From contig JABDLI010000179.1 of the NCBI GenBank assembly GCA_013003065.1, positions 1 to 62,839 of the forward strand: a stretch of 62,839 nt of DNA, in the 5' to 3' direction. Origin of the DNA: Phycisphaerales bacterium. GTDB taxonomy: Bacteria > Planctomycetota > Phycisphaerae > Phycisphaerales > SM1A02. The position numbers and the translations under genes were made by a program. Shown piece by piece: positions 50,827 to 60,257 of the stretch. A model generated the notes under the pieces. That model was given only the letters and a program-made list of their open reading frames with translations. It was not told where the DNA came from and did no database searches. Position 1 is the first letter of the stretch; each line of letters opens with the position of its first letter.

Positions 50827-53779
50827 TGTTCACGATCTTCCCCGGCACGACAATGAGCTTGCGCACGGTCAGCCCCTCGAGCAGCGACTGAACCCGCTCG
50901 TCCGCCAGTGCATGCTCGCGGACGGCCTCCTCGTTGGCGTCGGCGGGCACCGAGACGCGGCTTCGGACCTTGCCGTTGATCTGAATCGGCAGCTCGATCG
51001 TGTCGTCGTGAAGCATCGACCCGTCGAAGGATGGCCACGTCGCGTGGGCGATCAGGCTCTCGTGCCCCAGGCGTGAGAACAGCTCCTCGGCGAGGTGCGG
51101 CGCGAACGGCGAGAGGATGATCAAGAACCGTTCCGCGATGTCGAATGGCACGGGCTCGGGCGTCGCGACGAGCTCGTTCGTCAGCTCGATGATCTTGGCG
51201 ATCGCTGTGTTCAGCCGGATCCGGTCGATGTCCTGCTCGACTCCGGCGATCGTCCGGTGCAGGAGCCGCTCGAGGTCTTCGTTCTGCCGGTCGTCACCAC
51301 GCGGGGCGATCCGCCCGCTCGCCGCCCCCGTCTCCTCATCCACGAACAGCCGCCAGATCCGCTGGAGGACCCGGAAGAGGCCCACCATATCCCTTGTATT
51401 CCAGGGTTTGCTGGCCTCCAGCGGGCCCATGTACATCTCGTACAGACGGAACGTGTCGGCCCCGTACTCGGCGATCACGTCATCGGGGTTGACGACGTTC
51501 TTCAGCGACTTGCTCATCTTCGCGACCGTGCGGATGACCGGCTCGCCGGTCTCGATCTCGACGATCCGGTCACCGTCCTCGCGCACGGCGTCGACCGGCA
51601 CGAGCGACTTGTCGGGACGCTGGTAGGCGTGAGCGGTGATCATCCCCTGGTGGAAGAGCTGGCCGAACGGCTCGGGCGTCGAGATCAGGCCGTGGTCGTA
51701 GAGCAGCTTGTGCCAGAACCGCGCGTAGAGCAGGTGCAACACCGCGTGCTCGGCGCCGCCGATGTACAGGTCGACGCCGCCGACGTGGTGCGTGTCCGGG
51801 TCGAACGCGTCCGGTTCGGTGTCGGCTCGCGCACCGTCCCGTCGGGACAGCATCCAATAGCGCTCGGCCTCCCGGTCCACGAGCCGATCCTCGCAACGGG
51901 GGGAGCAGAACCGCAGGTAGTACCAGCACGAGCCGGCCCATCCCGGCATCGTGTTCGCCTCGCGGCGGACCGGCGTCGTCGGCGTCAACGCGGCCGACGT
52001 GACGCCCGCCTCGGCCGCGGTCGTGTTCACCCACGCCGTCGCCTTGCCGAGAAGCGGTGTCGGCGTCTCCGACTCGATCGGCGCGTAATCGTCCATTTCC
52101 GGCAGTGTCACCGGCAGATGATCGGCGTCCACCGGGTGGTGCATGCCGCTGTTGTCGAAGACCACCGGGAACGGCTCGCCCCAGTACCGCTGCCGGCTGA
52201 ACAGCCAATCACGCAGCTTGTAGTTCACCCGCGCGCGGCCGCTGCCGCTGGTCGCGAGCCACTCGATGATGCGTGTCTTCGCCGCGGCGGTTTCCAATCC
52301 ATCGAGCGAGACGCCGGCCCCGCTCGAGTTCACGGCCCGACCGGCGCCGCTGAAGAGCGTGTCGGGATCGTCGAGCGGCTCGATGGGCTCGACGACCGTG
52401 ACGATCGGAAGCTCGAACGCCCGCGCGAACTCGAAGTCTCGTTCGTCGTGCGCCGGCACCGCCATGATGGCGCCGTGCCCGTACCCCATCAGCACGTAGT
52501 CGGCGATCCAGATCGGAATGGCCGCTCCGGTCGCGGGGTTGCGGGCCGTGAACCCGGTGGGCACACCGGTCTTCACCTTGCTCTCCGCCTGGCGGTCGAT
52601 GTCCGACCGGTTGGCGGCGGTCTCGACGTACGCGCGGATGGCCGCCACGTCCGTTCCGGGGCGGGGCGTCGCCAGCATTCCGGCCACGAGAGGGTGTTCG
52701 GGAGCCAGCACCATGTACGTCGCCCCGAAGATCGTGTCGGGACGGGTGGTGTAGACCCGAAGCGTGTCCGGGGCATCCGGGGGCCCGTCGATCAGCGGAA
52801 AGTCGATCTCGGCCCCCTCGCTGCGACCGATCCACTCCCGCTGCATCGTGCGGGTGGACTCCGGCCACGAGACCCGGTCGAGATCTTCGAGCAGCCGTTC
52901 GGCGTACGCGGTGATGCGGAACATCCACTGCTTCAGCGGCTGGCGAACGACGGGATACCCGCCGCGTTCGCTTCGCCCGTCGATCACCTCTTCGTTCGCG
53001 AGCGCGGTGCCCAGCTTCGGGCACCAGTTGACGGTCTGGGTGGCGACATAGGCGAGCCGGTAGGAGTCGAGGATCACGCGACGCGTCGCGGGGTCGACCG
53101 CGTTCCAGTCCGGCCACCGGCCCTCGCCGGCGTGCGGGTCGGCATCAGCCGCGTGCTCGGGGTTCATCGCGATCACCCGATCGCCGCGGGCAAAGGCGGC
53201 TTCGAGATCGGCGATCGGCCGCGCTCGGTTGGCGTCGGGATCGAACCACGAGTCGTACGCCTTCAGCCAGATCCACTGCGTCCACCGGTAGTAGTCCTCG
53301 TCGATGGTGGCGAACTCACGTGACCAGTCGTAGCTGAAGCCGAAGCGTTTGAGCTGGCGGCGGAAGTTGTCGATCGCCTTGCGGGTCGTGATCGCCGGAT
53401 GGACGCCGGTCTGGATCGCGTACTGTTCGGCGGGAAGTCCGAACGCGTCCCACCCCATCGGGTGGAGCACGTTCGCGCCGCGGAGCCGGTGAAAGCGGCA
53501 GATGATGTCGCTCGCGGTGTAGCCCTCCGGATGTCCGACGTGCAGACCCGCGCCGGAGGGATACGGGAACATGTCCAGGCAGTAGAACTTCCGCTGCTGC
53601 GGGTCGAACCCCGCGTCGCCGGGATTGAGCGCGCGAAATGCGTCCGCCTGCTCCCAACGCTCCTGCCAGCGGGGCTCGATCTCGTTCGCGACGGCAGCGG
53701 AGTAACGATGGGGCGGCTGTTCGCGGCCGCGGGACGCCGCGTCGGCGGTGTCGGGCTTGGCAGAAGCGGGCTGGCTCAT
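50813..53779 (-). CDS. leuS: leucine--tRNA ligase
   Basis: A 988-aa class Ia aaRS with HVGHPEGY (HIGH) and KMSKS, a CP1 editing domain and LeuRS-typical layout. Confidence 0.95.
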   Translation of the reverse strand: MSQPASAKPDTADAASRGREQPPHRYSAAVANEIEPRWQERWEQADAFRALNPGDAGFDPQQRKFYCLDMFPYPSGAGLHVGHPEGYTASDIICRFHRLRGANVLHPMGWDAFGLPAEQYAIQTGVHPAITTRKAIDNFRRQLKRFGFSYDWSREFATIDEDYYRWTQWIWLKAYDSWFDPDANRARPIADLEAAFARGDRVIAMNPEHAADADPHAGEGRWPDWNAVDPATRRVILDSYRLAYVATQTVNWCPKLGTALANEEVIDGRSERGGYPVVRQPLKQWMFRITAYAERLLEDLDRVSWPESTRTMQREWIGRSEGAEIDFPLIDGPPDAPDTLRVYTTRPDTIFGATYMVLAPEHPLVAGMLATPRPGTDVAAIRAYVETAANRSDIDRQAESKVKTGVPTGFTARNPATGAAIPIWIADYVLMGYGHGAIMAVPAHDERDFEFARAFELPIVTVVEPIEPLDDPDTLFSGAGRAVNSSGAGVSLDGLETAAAKTRIIEWLATSGSGRARVNYKLRDWLFSRQRYWGEPFPVVFDNSGMHHPVDADHLPVTLPEMDDYAPIESETPTPLLGKATAWVNTTAAEAGVTSAALTPTTPVRREANTMPGWAGSCWYYLRFCSPRCEDRLVDREAERYWMLSRRDGARADTEPDAFDPDTHHVGGVDLYIGGAEHAVLHLLYARFWHKLLYDHGLISTPEPFGQLFHQGMITAHAYQRPDKSLVPVDAVREDGDRIVEIETGEPVIRTVAKMSKSLKNVVNPDDVIAEYGADTFRLYEMYMGPLEASKPWNTRDMVGLFRVLQRIWRLFVDEETGAASGRIAPRGDDRQNEDLERLLHRTIAGVEQDIDRIRLNTAIAKIIELTNELVATPEPVPFDIAERFLIILSPFAPHLAEELFSRLGHESLIAHATWPSFDGSMLHDDTIELPIQINGKVRSRVSVPADANEEAVREHALADERVQSLLEGLTVRKLIVVPGKIVNIIAR

Positions 53780-53810
53780 GGTCGGTTCGGCTCGAGCGAA
53801 GATGAAGGGG

Positions 53811-53847
53811 TGAAACGCAACAGGGCCCCGCGTGCGCGAGGCCCTGG
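53811..53847 (-). terminator. candidate attenuator terminator in the leuS leader
   Basis: On the minus strand, CAGGGCCUCGC-GCAC-GCGGGGCCCUG has an 11-bp stem and a tetraloop. It is followed by UUGCGUUUC and ends 32 nt before the leuS ATG. Confidence 0.45.
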
Positions 53848-53872
53848 AAGAGGCGATCGATCGCGCACCCGG

Positions 53873-53920
53873 TCAACGCCGGTCAAGACGAAGGAGAAGC
53901 TGGGTCAGGTGCGCTGTCAT
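53873..53920 (-). CDS. candidate Leu-rich leader peptide (MTAHLTQLLLRLDRR)
   Basis: 15 codons, 5 of them Leu (CTG, CTT, CTC, CTT, CTT). The ATG lies 7 nt after a GATACACTG -10-like box. It lies upstream of leuS and is flanked by alternative pairing segments. Confidence 0.35.
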   Translation of the reverse strand: MTAHLTQLLLRLDRR

Positions 53921-53927
53921 GACCGGC

Positions 53928-53933
53928 AGTGTA
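53928..53933 (-). promoter_or_regulatory. -10-like TACACT 7 nt upstream of the leader-peptide ATG 53920
   Basis: On the minus strand: GATACACTG-CCGGTC-ATG. Confidence 0.35.
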
Positions 53934-54008
53934 TCGGTCAGGAGCGTCGCCGCCAATCAGCGAATTCGCGATGCCGCCCGTATTCCGCTGCCCGTGGTCG
54001 GAGCCACG

Positions 54009-55415
54009 CTACCGCTGCCGTTTGCGGTGGACCTCGGTCAGGTACTTCTTGGCCTCGCCCACGAGGTAGAAGCTGCCCGTGACACAGATCAGGTCGTCGC
54101 GTCCGACGGCCCGGGTTGCCAGATCGATGGCATCGGGAAGGTTTCGCGCCACCTGGCTCATCTTGCCGCTGATCTCGGAGAACTGCCGCTGCAGCTCCTC
54201 GGGATCCGCCGCCCGGGGATTGCCCTTCGCGCGGGTGAAGATGATCTTGTCACCCCCGAGGGCCGCCTTCGTGAGCATGCCGGCGACGTCCTTGTCCTCG
54301 CAGCACCCGAACACGCACACCATGGAGTCGTAGGGCACGTGCGCGCCGACGCACCGCATCAGCGCGCCGATGGCGACGGGGTTGTGCGCACCGTCGACGA
54401 GAATCCGCGGCCGGTCCCAGAGCAGCTCCATCCGTCCCGGCACCTGCGTCGCATTCAGCCCCTCGAGCATGGGCACCTCGGGGCACTCGAATCCGGACGA
54501 CTTGAGTGCATCGACCGTGGCCAGCGCGAGCCCGCAGTTGATGGCCTGATGCTCGCCCGGAAGCGGCACCGGCAGGTGCATGAACTGACTGGTCTCCGAG
54601 ACGAGACACACGCGGCTGTGCGGCCCGAGATCGGCGGTGGCGCCGAACCGGCAGCTGAACTCGATGTCCTTGCCGATCATCCGCAGCGGCGCGCCGACCT
54701 CCTCGGCTTTCTGGCGAAGCACTTGCTCCACCGCCTCGCCCTGCGAGAACGTCAGCACCGGCACGCCGCGTTTGATGATGCCGGCCTTCTCGGCGGCGAT
54801 CTCTTCGATCGTCGCGCCGAGCAGGTGCGTGTGATCGAGGTCGATGTGGGTGATCACCGAGACCTCGGGTGTGATGATGTTCGTCGAATCAAGCCGCCCG
54901 CCGAGCCCCGTCTCCACGATGGCGAGGTCGACCGCCTGCTCCGCGAAGTGCTTGAAGGCGATGGCGGTCATGAGCTCGAAGAATGTCGGCTCCAGGCCCT
55001 CCGACGCGACGACCTCGGCCGTCTGCCGCATGAGCTCCGTGAACTCGGCCCGCCCGATCATCTGTCCGTTGATCGCAATCCGCTCGCGCACGTCGATCAG
55101 GTGCGGGCTCGTGTACTGACCGACCGCGTACCCGCAGCCCTTGAGCATCGCGGTGGTCATCGCGACCGTCGAGCCCTTGCCGACCGTGCCGGCGACGTGG
55201 ACCATCCGCACCTGCTCGTGCGGATTGCCGAGCGCGTCCATGAGCGCCCGCATCCGGTCGAGCTTGAACGTCTTTTCGTCGTAGCGCACGACTCGCATCC
55301 GCTCCACGTCCGCGTGCTCGTAGAGGTAGCGGGTCGCGGCGGAATACGTCTTGATCGCGGAGCGGTCGCTCGAGGTGCGACCACCGCGCCGGGAGGAGGA
55401 GGCGGCTGGACTCAT
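54009..55415 (-). CDS. folC: bifunctional folylpolyglutamate synthase / dihydrofolate synthase
   Basis: Mur-ligase P-loop HVAGTVGKGST and FolC-typical layout. Confidence 0.9.
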   Translation of the reverse strand: MSPAASSSRRGGRTSSDRSAIKTYSAATRYLYEHADVERMRVVRYDEKTFKLDRMRALMDALGNPHEQVRMVHVAGTVGKGSTVAMTTAMLKGCGYAVGQYTSPHLIDVRERIAINGQMIGRAEFTELMRQTAEVVASEGLEPTFFELMTAIAFKHFAEQAVDLAIVETGLGGRLDSTNIITPEVSVITHIDLDHTHLLGATIEEIAAEKAGIIKRGVPVLTFSQGEAVEQVLRQKAEEVGAPLRMIGKDIEFSCRFGATADLGPHSRVCLVSETSQFMHLPVPLPGEHQAINCGLALATVDALKSSGFECPEVPMLEGLNATQVPGRMELLWDRPRILVDGAHNPVAIGALMRCVGAHVPYDSMVCVFGCCEDKDVAGMLTKAALGGDKIIFTRAKGNPRAADPEELQRQFSEISGKMSQVARNLPDAIDLATRAVGRDDLICVTGSFYLVGEAKKYLTEVHRKRQR

Positions 55416-55424
55416 GGACCGAGC

Positions 55425-55430
55425 AGTGTA
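55425..55430 (-). promoter_or_regulatory. -10-like TACACT 9 nt upstream of the folC ATG 55415
   Basis: On the minus strand: GTGATACACTG-CTCGGTCC-ATG. Confidence 0.33.
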
Positions 55431-55589
55431 TCACTTTCGCGGATCGCGATCAAATGTGGGCTCGTAATCCGCTGCCAGAGCGGGGCTTACAATCAGAACC
55501 GCGCTTTCTCGGGCCGCGTGGCGATCGAGTAGTATTCACGCCCCGCTTCCATCCGAATCTCACGCCCCGCCCCGACCGAGAGGATCCCG

Positions 55590-56378
55590 ATGTCCGAACC
55601 GAGCCACAAGGAGAACCTGCGGATGGAATCCTGGCGGGTCCTGCGGATCATGAGCGAGTTCGTGGAGTCGTTCGAGACGATGGCCCGGCTCGGCCCGGCG
55701 GTCAGCGTCTTCGGGTCCGCCCGGACCCCGCCGCACGACCGGTACTACCGGCTGGCCGAGCAGTGCGGTCGCGAGCTGGTCAAACGCGACTTCGCGGTGA
55801 TCACCGGTGGGGGGCCGGGCATCATGGAGGCGGCCAACAAGGGCGCGTTCGAAGCCGGCGGGACCTCGGTCGGGCTGAATATCGCGTTGCCCATGGAGCA
55901 GCTTCCGAACCCGTACCAGAACGTCGAGATCGACTACCGCTACTTCTTCATCCGCAAGGTCGGGTTCGTCAAGTATGCGCGTGGCTTCATCATCTTCCCG
56001 GGCGGCTTCGGCACGATGGACGAGTTCTTCGAGTCGCTCACCCTCATGCAGACCCTCAAGATCGCGCCGTTCCCGGTCGTCGTGGTCGGCACGGACTTCT
56101 GGTCCGGATTGCTCGACTGGCTGCGCTCCTGCATGCTCGACACTTTTCAGACCATCGGCGCCGAGGATCTCGACCTCTTCAGCGTGACCGATGACGTCGA
56201 AGAAGCGGTGACGATCATCCACGAGACACACACCGGAAAGCGACAGGTCGCCAAGCAGCTGCCGCGGTTCGAGTCCGACGCCGAGGAAGAAGAGACCGGC
56301 GAAGGCACCCGCATGGGCATCGATCGGCGGAGGGGCGGTCGCGTTCGCGAGAGCTACGACTTGAAGGAAGACGAGTAG
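55590..56378 (+). CDS. LOG family protein (TIGR00730-type nucleotide 5'-monophosphate nucleosidase-like)
   Basis: GGGPGIMEAANKGA and the PGGFGTMDEFFE motif are present. Confidence 0.85.
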   Translation: MSEPSHKENLRMESWRVLRIMSEFVESFETMARLGPAVSVFGSARTPPHDRYYRLAEQCGRELVKRDFAVITGGGPGIMEAANKGAFEAGGTSVGLNIALPMEQLPNPYQNVEIDYRYFFIRKVGFVKYARGFIIFPGGFGTMDEFFESLTLMQTLKIAPFPVVVVGTDFWSGLLDWLRSCMLDTFQTIGAEDLDLFSVTDDVEEAVTIIHETHTGKRQVAKQLPRFESDAEEEETGEGTRMGIDRRRGGRVRESYDLKEDE

Positions 56379-56403
56379 CTCACGGGTTGACGAGCCGGTC
56401 CAT

Positions 56404-56409
56404 TACACT
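56404..56409 (+). promoter_or_regulatory. -10-like TACACT 8 nt upstream of the mgtE ATG 56418 (leaderless candidate)
   Basis: CATTACACTG-CGGTTGA-ATG. Confidence 0.35.
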
Positions 56410-56417
56410 GCGGTTGA

Positions 56418-57908
56418 ATGGAGACGCGTTTCCCCAATCCGCCGAACGAGCCGGATCGGCCCGAGAGACCTGATCGGGCCGATCGGGCCGATCAGCCACG
56501 TTTCGCCGAATCGCCGACACCGGACGGCGAATCGCTCACCGACGACGAGCGTGTCGCCGAGCTGCTCACGCACACGATCGACGTGCCGGTGCTCGCGGAG
56601 GCGGTCGCGCAGCAGGAGCCGGCGGACGCGGCCGACACGCTCGAGCACCTCGAGGAAGAAGCGGCCGAATTGCTCGTCGCGATGGACGACGCCGCGGCGG
56701 CGGAGGCCCTCGCGGAAATGGAAGCGCCGCTGGCGGCCGGGGTCCTCGGCGACCTGCTGGACGAGGGCAACGCCGCCTACGCGGGTCGGCTCGTCGGGCT
56801 CATGGCGCCGGACGACGCGGCGGATCTGCTCCAGTCCGTCGAAGCCCGGGAGCGCGCGGCGGTGTACCGCGAGATGCCGGCGCCCGCCGCGGCGGGGCTG
56901 CAGAAACTCGTCGGCTATGCGGAGACGTCGGCCGGCGGTCTCATGACCACCGACTTCATCGCGCTCGACGAGACGCTGACCGTTGCGGAGGCGACCGACG
57001 TCCTCCGGGGACGCGAGCTGCCCGAGGACATCCACGAACTGCCGGTGATCGACCGACGCGGCGTTCTCGTCGGCACGATCGGCTTGCGCACGCTGCTGGT
57101 TCATGCGGCAACGCGTCGCGTCGGCGAGCTGATGGACGCGGCCGTCAAGTCCATCCGCCACTCGCTCGATCAGGAAGACGTCGCGCGGGAGTTCGACCGG
57201 TACGACCTGCACATGCTGCCCGTCGTCGACGACGCCGATCGCCTGCTCGGCGTGGTGACGGTCGATGACGTCATCGACATCATTCGGGCGGAGCAGACGG
57301 AAGACGTGCAGAAGACGGTCGGCGCCGGTGCCGGGGAGGCCGTGTACTCGAGCATCCTGGAGAAATTCCGCGGCCGCTTTCCGTGGCTCGTCGTCAGCGT
57401 GCTCATCATGATTCCGTCGGCCTGGGTGGTGCTCCAGTTCGAGGAGCTCATCGGCAAGCTTGCCGTCCTTGCGATGCTCATGCCCGTCGTCGCGGCGTTG
57501 GCGGGAAACGCCGGTCATCAGGCGCTCGCGGTGACGCTCCGCGGCATCGTCCTCGAGGAGGTGCGGGCGGACCGGGTCTGGCCGCTCATCCGCCGCGAGG
57601 CGATCGCGGGGCTGTTGACGGGAGCGGCGGTGGGCGTGCTCGTGGGCGGGGCGATCGCTGTCTTGTCGATCCTGGTCGCCGACGTGAGCTGGCGGCTCGG
57701 TCTGATCGCCACGATCTCCATGACGTGCTCGATGGCTGCGGGCACGCTGGCCGGATCGGGGATTCCGCTGCTCATGCGGCGGTGCGGAGCCGATCCCGCG
57801 CAAAGCTCGGCGATCTTCCTCATCATGATCACCGACGCCGTGGCGTTCCTGACGTTTCTGGGGTTGTCCTTCGCGTCGTACCGATGGTTGATCAGCGGGG
57901 AGGCGTAA
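56418..57908 (+). CDS. mgtE: magnesium transporter MgtE
   Basis: It has the MgtE N-domain, a CBS pair and 5 C-terminal TM helices (VVAALAGNAGHQALAV...ITDAVAFLTFLGL). Confidence 0.92.
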   Translation: METRFPNPPNEPDRPERPDRADRADQPRFAESPTPDGESLTDDERVAELLTHTIDVPVLAEAVAQQEPADAADTLEHLEEEAAELLVAMDDAAAAEALAEMEAPLAAGVLGDLLDEGNAAYAGRLVGLMAPDDAADLLQSVEARERAAVYREMPAPAAAGLQKLVGYAETSAGGLMTTDFIALDETLTVAEATDVLRGRELPEDIHELPVIDRRGVLVGTIGLRTLLVHAATRRVGELMDAAVKSIRHSLDQEDVAREFDRYDLHMLPVVDDADRLLGVVTVDDVIDIIRAEQTEDVQKTVGAGAGEAVYSSILEKFRGRFPWLVVSVLIMIPSAWVVLQFEELIGKLAVLAMLMPVVAALAGNAGHQALAVTLRGIVLEEVRADRVWPLIRREAIAGLLTGAAVGVLVGGAIAVLSILVADVSWRLGLIATISMTCSMAAGTLAGSGIPLLMRRCGADPAQSSAIFLIMITDAVAFLTFLGLSFASYRWLISGEA

Positions 57909-57924
57909 CGCCAGCGAGGATCGC

Positions 57925-58512
57925 ATGGTCGAGCTTCACGACAGCGGGACGGATACACTGCGACACGTGCTGGGCGATGTGGAGCGGATACTGATCGACC
58001 GCGGGCGAATCGCCGATCGCATCGAGTCGCTCGGACGCGAGATCAGCGCCGACCTCGCCGCGGTGCCCGGCGATGTCGAGGTGATTCTGATCCCGATTCT
58101 CACCGGGTCGATCATCTTCGTGGCGGATCTGATCCGGCACCTCCCGCAGAAGTTCCGCATCAGTGTGCTCGCCGCGCAGAGCTATCCGGGCCGGAGAACC
58201 GAGTCTGTTGGTGTACCGGTGCTCGGCGTCGTGCCCGACGACCTCGCGGGGAAGTTCGTTCTGATCGTCGATGACATCCTCGACTCGGGGGGCACGATCA
58301 GCCGCATCCGCGCTGAGCTCGAACAACACAATCCCCGCGCGGTGCGGGTGTGCGTGCTCTTGCGCAAACAGCGGGCGAGCGCGCTCACGACGGCGTGCGA
58401 CTACGTCGGCTTCGATATCCCCGACGATTTCGTCGTCGGCTACGGACTCGACTACGACGGCTACTACCGCAACCTGCCCGACATCGGCGTGCTGAAGAAA
58501 GAGGCGTTGTAG
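57925..58512 (+). CDS. hpt: hypoxanthine phosphoribosyltransferase
   Basis: PRTase motif FVLIVDDILDSGGTIS and HPRT layout. An in-frame GTG at 57967 lies 7 nt after a GATACACTG box and is an alternative start. Confidence 0.9.
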   Translation: MVELHDSGTDTLRHVLGDVERILIDRGRIADRIESLGREISADLAAVPGDVEVILIPILTGSIIFVADLIRHLPQKFRISVLAAQSYPGRRTESVGVPVLGVVPDDLAGKFVLIVDDILDSGGTISRIRAELEQHNPRAVRVCVLLRKQRASALTTACDYVGFDIPDDFVVGYGLDYDGYYRNLPDIGVLKKEAL

Positions 58513-58513
58513 C

Positions 58514-59128
58514 GTGCGTCGCGATCGGACGAAGTCCGGCGTCGCGTCGCCCCGGCAGGCCCGGATCGCCAGCTCGGATGCCGCCGGGGTCGAGGCCGAG
58601 GCTGCCTCCGCGGGTCGCGTGGCGGCCCTGCTGCCGGCGGATCTGATCCGCGACGACGAGATCATCCTCCTGATCATCCGACCGAGCGTCCTCTACATTC
58701 CGCTCTCGTGCATCACGAGCCTCGTGTTCATCGCGTTTCTCGCGTGTCTGCTGGCGTACCTCGCGCGCTGGCAGGACTGGATCCCCTGGCGGGATACGCA
58801 GGCGTTCGGGCTCGGTGTGGCCGCGGGGTTCGGCCGGCTGGGGTGGCAGGCGATCGATTGGTACAGCCATGTCTACGTGCTGACCGACCAGCGTGTCATC
58901 CGCCGGATGGGTGTCCTGCGGGTCGCCGTCTTCCAGACCCGGCTCCGGCAGATTCAGCACACGAGCGTCTTCCGCCGTGTGCGCGAGCGGGTCTTCGGGT
59001 TGGGAACGATCGGCTTCGCGACGTCCGGGAGCGACGTGTTCGAGGCGTTCTGGCTGATGGTGCGTCGGCCGTTCGCCGTGCACCGGACGGTCGTCGATGC
59101 CATCGAGCGTTACGGCCGGGGGCGTTGA
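58514..59128 (+). CDS. bacterial PH (bPH_2 / YdbS-YdbT-like) domain membrane protein
   Basis: Two TM segments are followed by YVLTDQRVIRRMGVLRVAVFQTRLRQIQHTSV...FGLGTIGFATSGSD. Confidence 0.68.
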   Translation: MRRDRTKSGVASPRQARIASSDAAGVEAEAASAGRVAALLPADLIRDDEIILLIIRPSVLYIPLSCITSLVFIAFLACLLAYLARWQDWIPWRDTQAFGLGVAAGFGRLGWQAIDWYSHVYVLTDQRVIRRMGVLRVAVFQTRLRQIQHTSVFRRVRERVFGLGTIGFATSGSDVFEAFWLMVRRPFAVHRTVVDAIERYGRGR

Positions 59129-60057
59129 GCCGCGACGTCCTCCAGGAACCCGACGATCGACTGGCGGCCCCGCACCGTGATCGTCTGCGCCGGCGCGTGA
59201 AGCTCGACGGCGGCCTCCGCGTCGTCCATTCGCAACACGGCAAGATGACGCGGCGTCGTGCCGACGATGAGGGCGGGCGTCCCGTCGCCGTCGATCGCGG
59301 CAAGGGTACGCATCGTCGCGACCTGGGTGGCCGCGGTGTTGCTGATCGCCATCGCGACGGTCGCGACGGTCAACGTGAAGAACGCGGCGCTCGCGGCGAT
59401 GGCGCGAAGCCACAGAGGGATCGGCAGCCGCATCACGAGCACCACCCATGTCGCGGCGGCCACCATCGCGAGAACGTCGGCGCCGGCGACGGTCAGCAGG
59501 GCCTGGTGCCACGCCGCGGCTTCGCCGGGATCGGCCGGCAGCATGCCGAGTCGATCGACCCGCAGGCCGCACCCCGTCCACCAGATGATCGCGATGCCGC
59601 TGAGCATCGCGACGACCGCGCCGGTGGACGCCATCGCCACGATGGCGGTCTTGGGGCGAGGTCCGCCGGGCACCGAAGGCCGGGCTGCACCGAGGCCGGC
59701 GGCGGGGAGGGCGATCAGGACGAACCCCGCCATGAGCCAGATCGGCTCGCTGAGCCCGGCCCGAAAGACGGCGTGGGGAATCGACACGAGCACCAGCGTG
59801 CCGATGGCCAGCCCGCTCATCGGTGCCCCCGTGAGATCGGGCACCCGCAGCAGGGGTGCAAACCCGAGGCGGTATCCGAGGTGGCCGATGAGCCACACGA
59901 GCAGGAGGACACCCACCGCCACGATGACGCCGATCGCCAGCCGCACCGGCATGCGGTCGGGCTGATCCTCGCGTCGGACGGACTTCGCAGGGGATCGCAC
60001 GAGCAGCAGCTTGCTCGTAGCGGACGGGCGGGTCGCGGGACGGGTGAGATTGGGCAT
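59110..60057 (-). CDS. hypothetical polytopic membrane protein
   Basis: The frame has ~7 hydrophobic segments. The start was set at ATG 60057 inside track ORF 59110..60402. I recognised no family. Confidence 0.5.
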   Translation of the reverse strand: MPNLTRPATRPSATSKLLLVRSPAKSVRREDQPDRMPVRLAIGVIVAVGVLLLVWLIGHLGYRLGFAPLLRVPDLTGAPMSGLAIGTLVLVSIPHAVFRAGLSEPIWLMAGFVLIALPAAGLGAARPSVPGGPRPKTAIVAMASTGAVVAMLSGIAIIWWTGCGLRVDRLGMLPADPGEAAAWHQALLTVAGADVLAMVAAATWVVLVMRLPIPLWLRAIAASAAFFTLTVATVAMAISNTAATQVATMRTLAAIDGDGTPALIVGTTPRHLAVLRMDDAEAAVELHAPAQTITVRGRQSIVGFLEDVAAQRPRP

Positions 60058-60257
60058 GCGCGGCGGTGAGAGGGTCGAGGTGACGGCAGGAGCGGACGGC
60101 GAGAGCGGCCGTGGGCCGCGGCGACACTGGCTCGGTCGGTCGCCAGTAGAGTATCGGATTCTGAGGCGTGCTTCCTGAGTTGAAGCCAAAGCGACCAACC
60201 CGCGGCCGCGCGCACCGCCGTCACCGAAAAATGGCGAGCGCGGTTGCGTCGCGCAGC

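Noticed and set aside
53780-54008. A T-box riboswitch upstream of leuS.
   Set aside because: There is no T-box consensus (AGGGUGGNACCGCG-like) or specifier-loop architecture, and the leader is too short. A peptide-based attenuator fits better.
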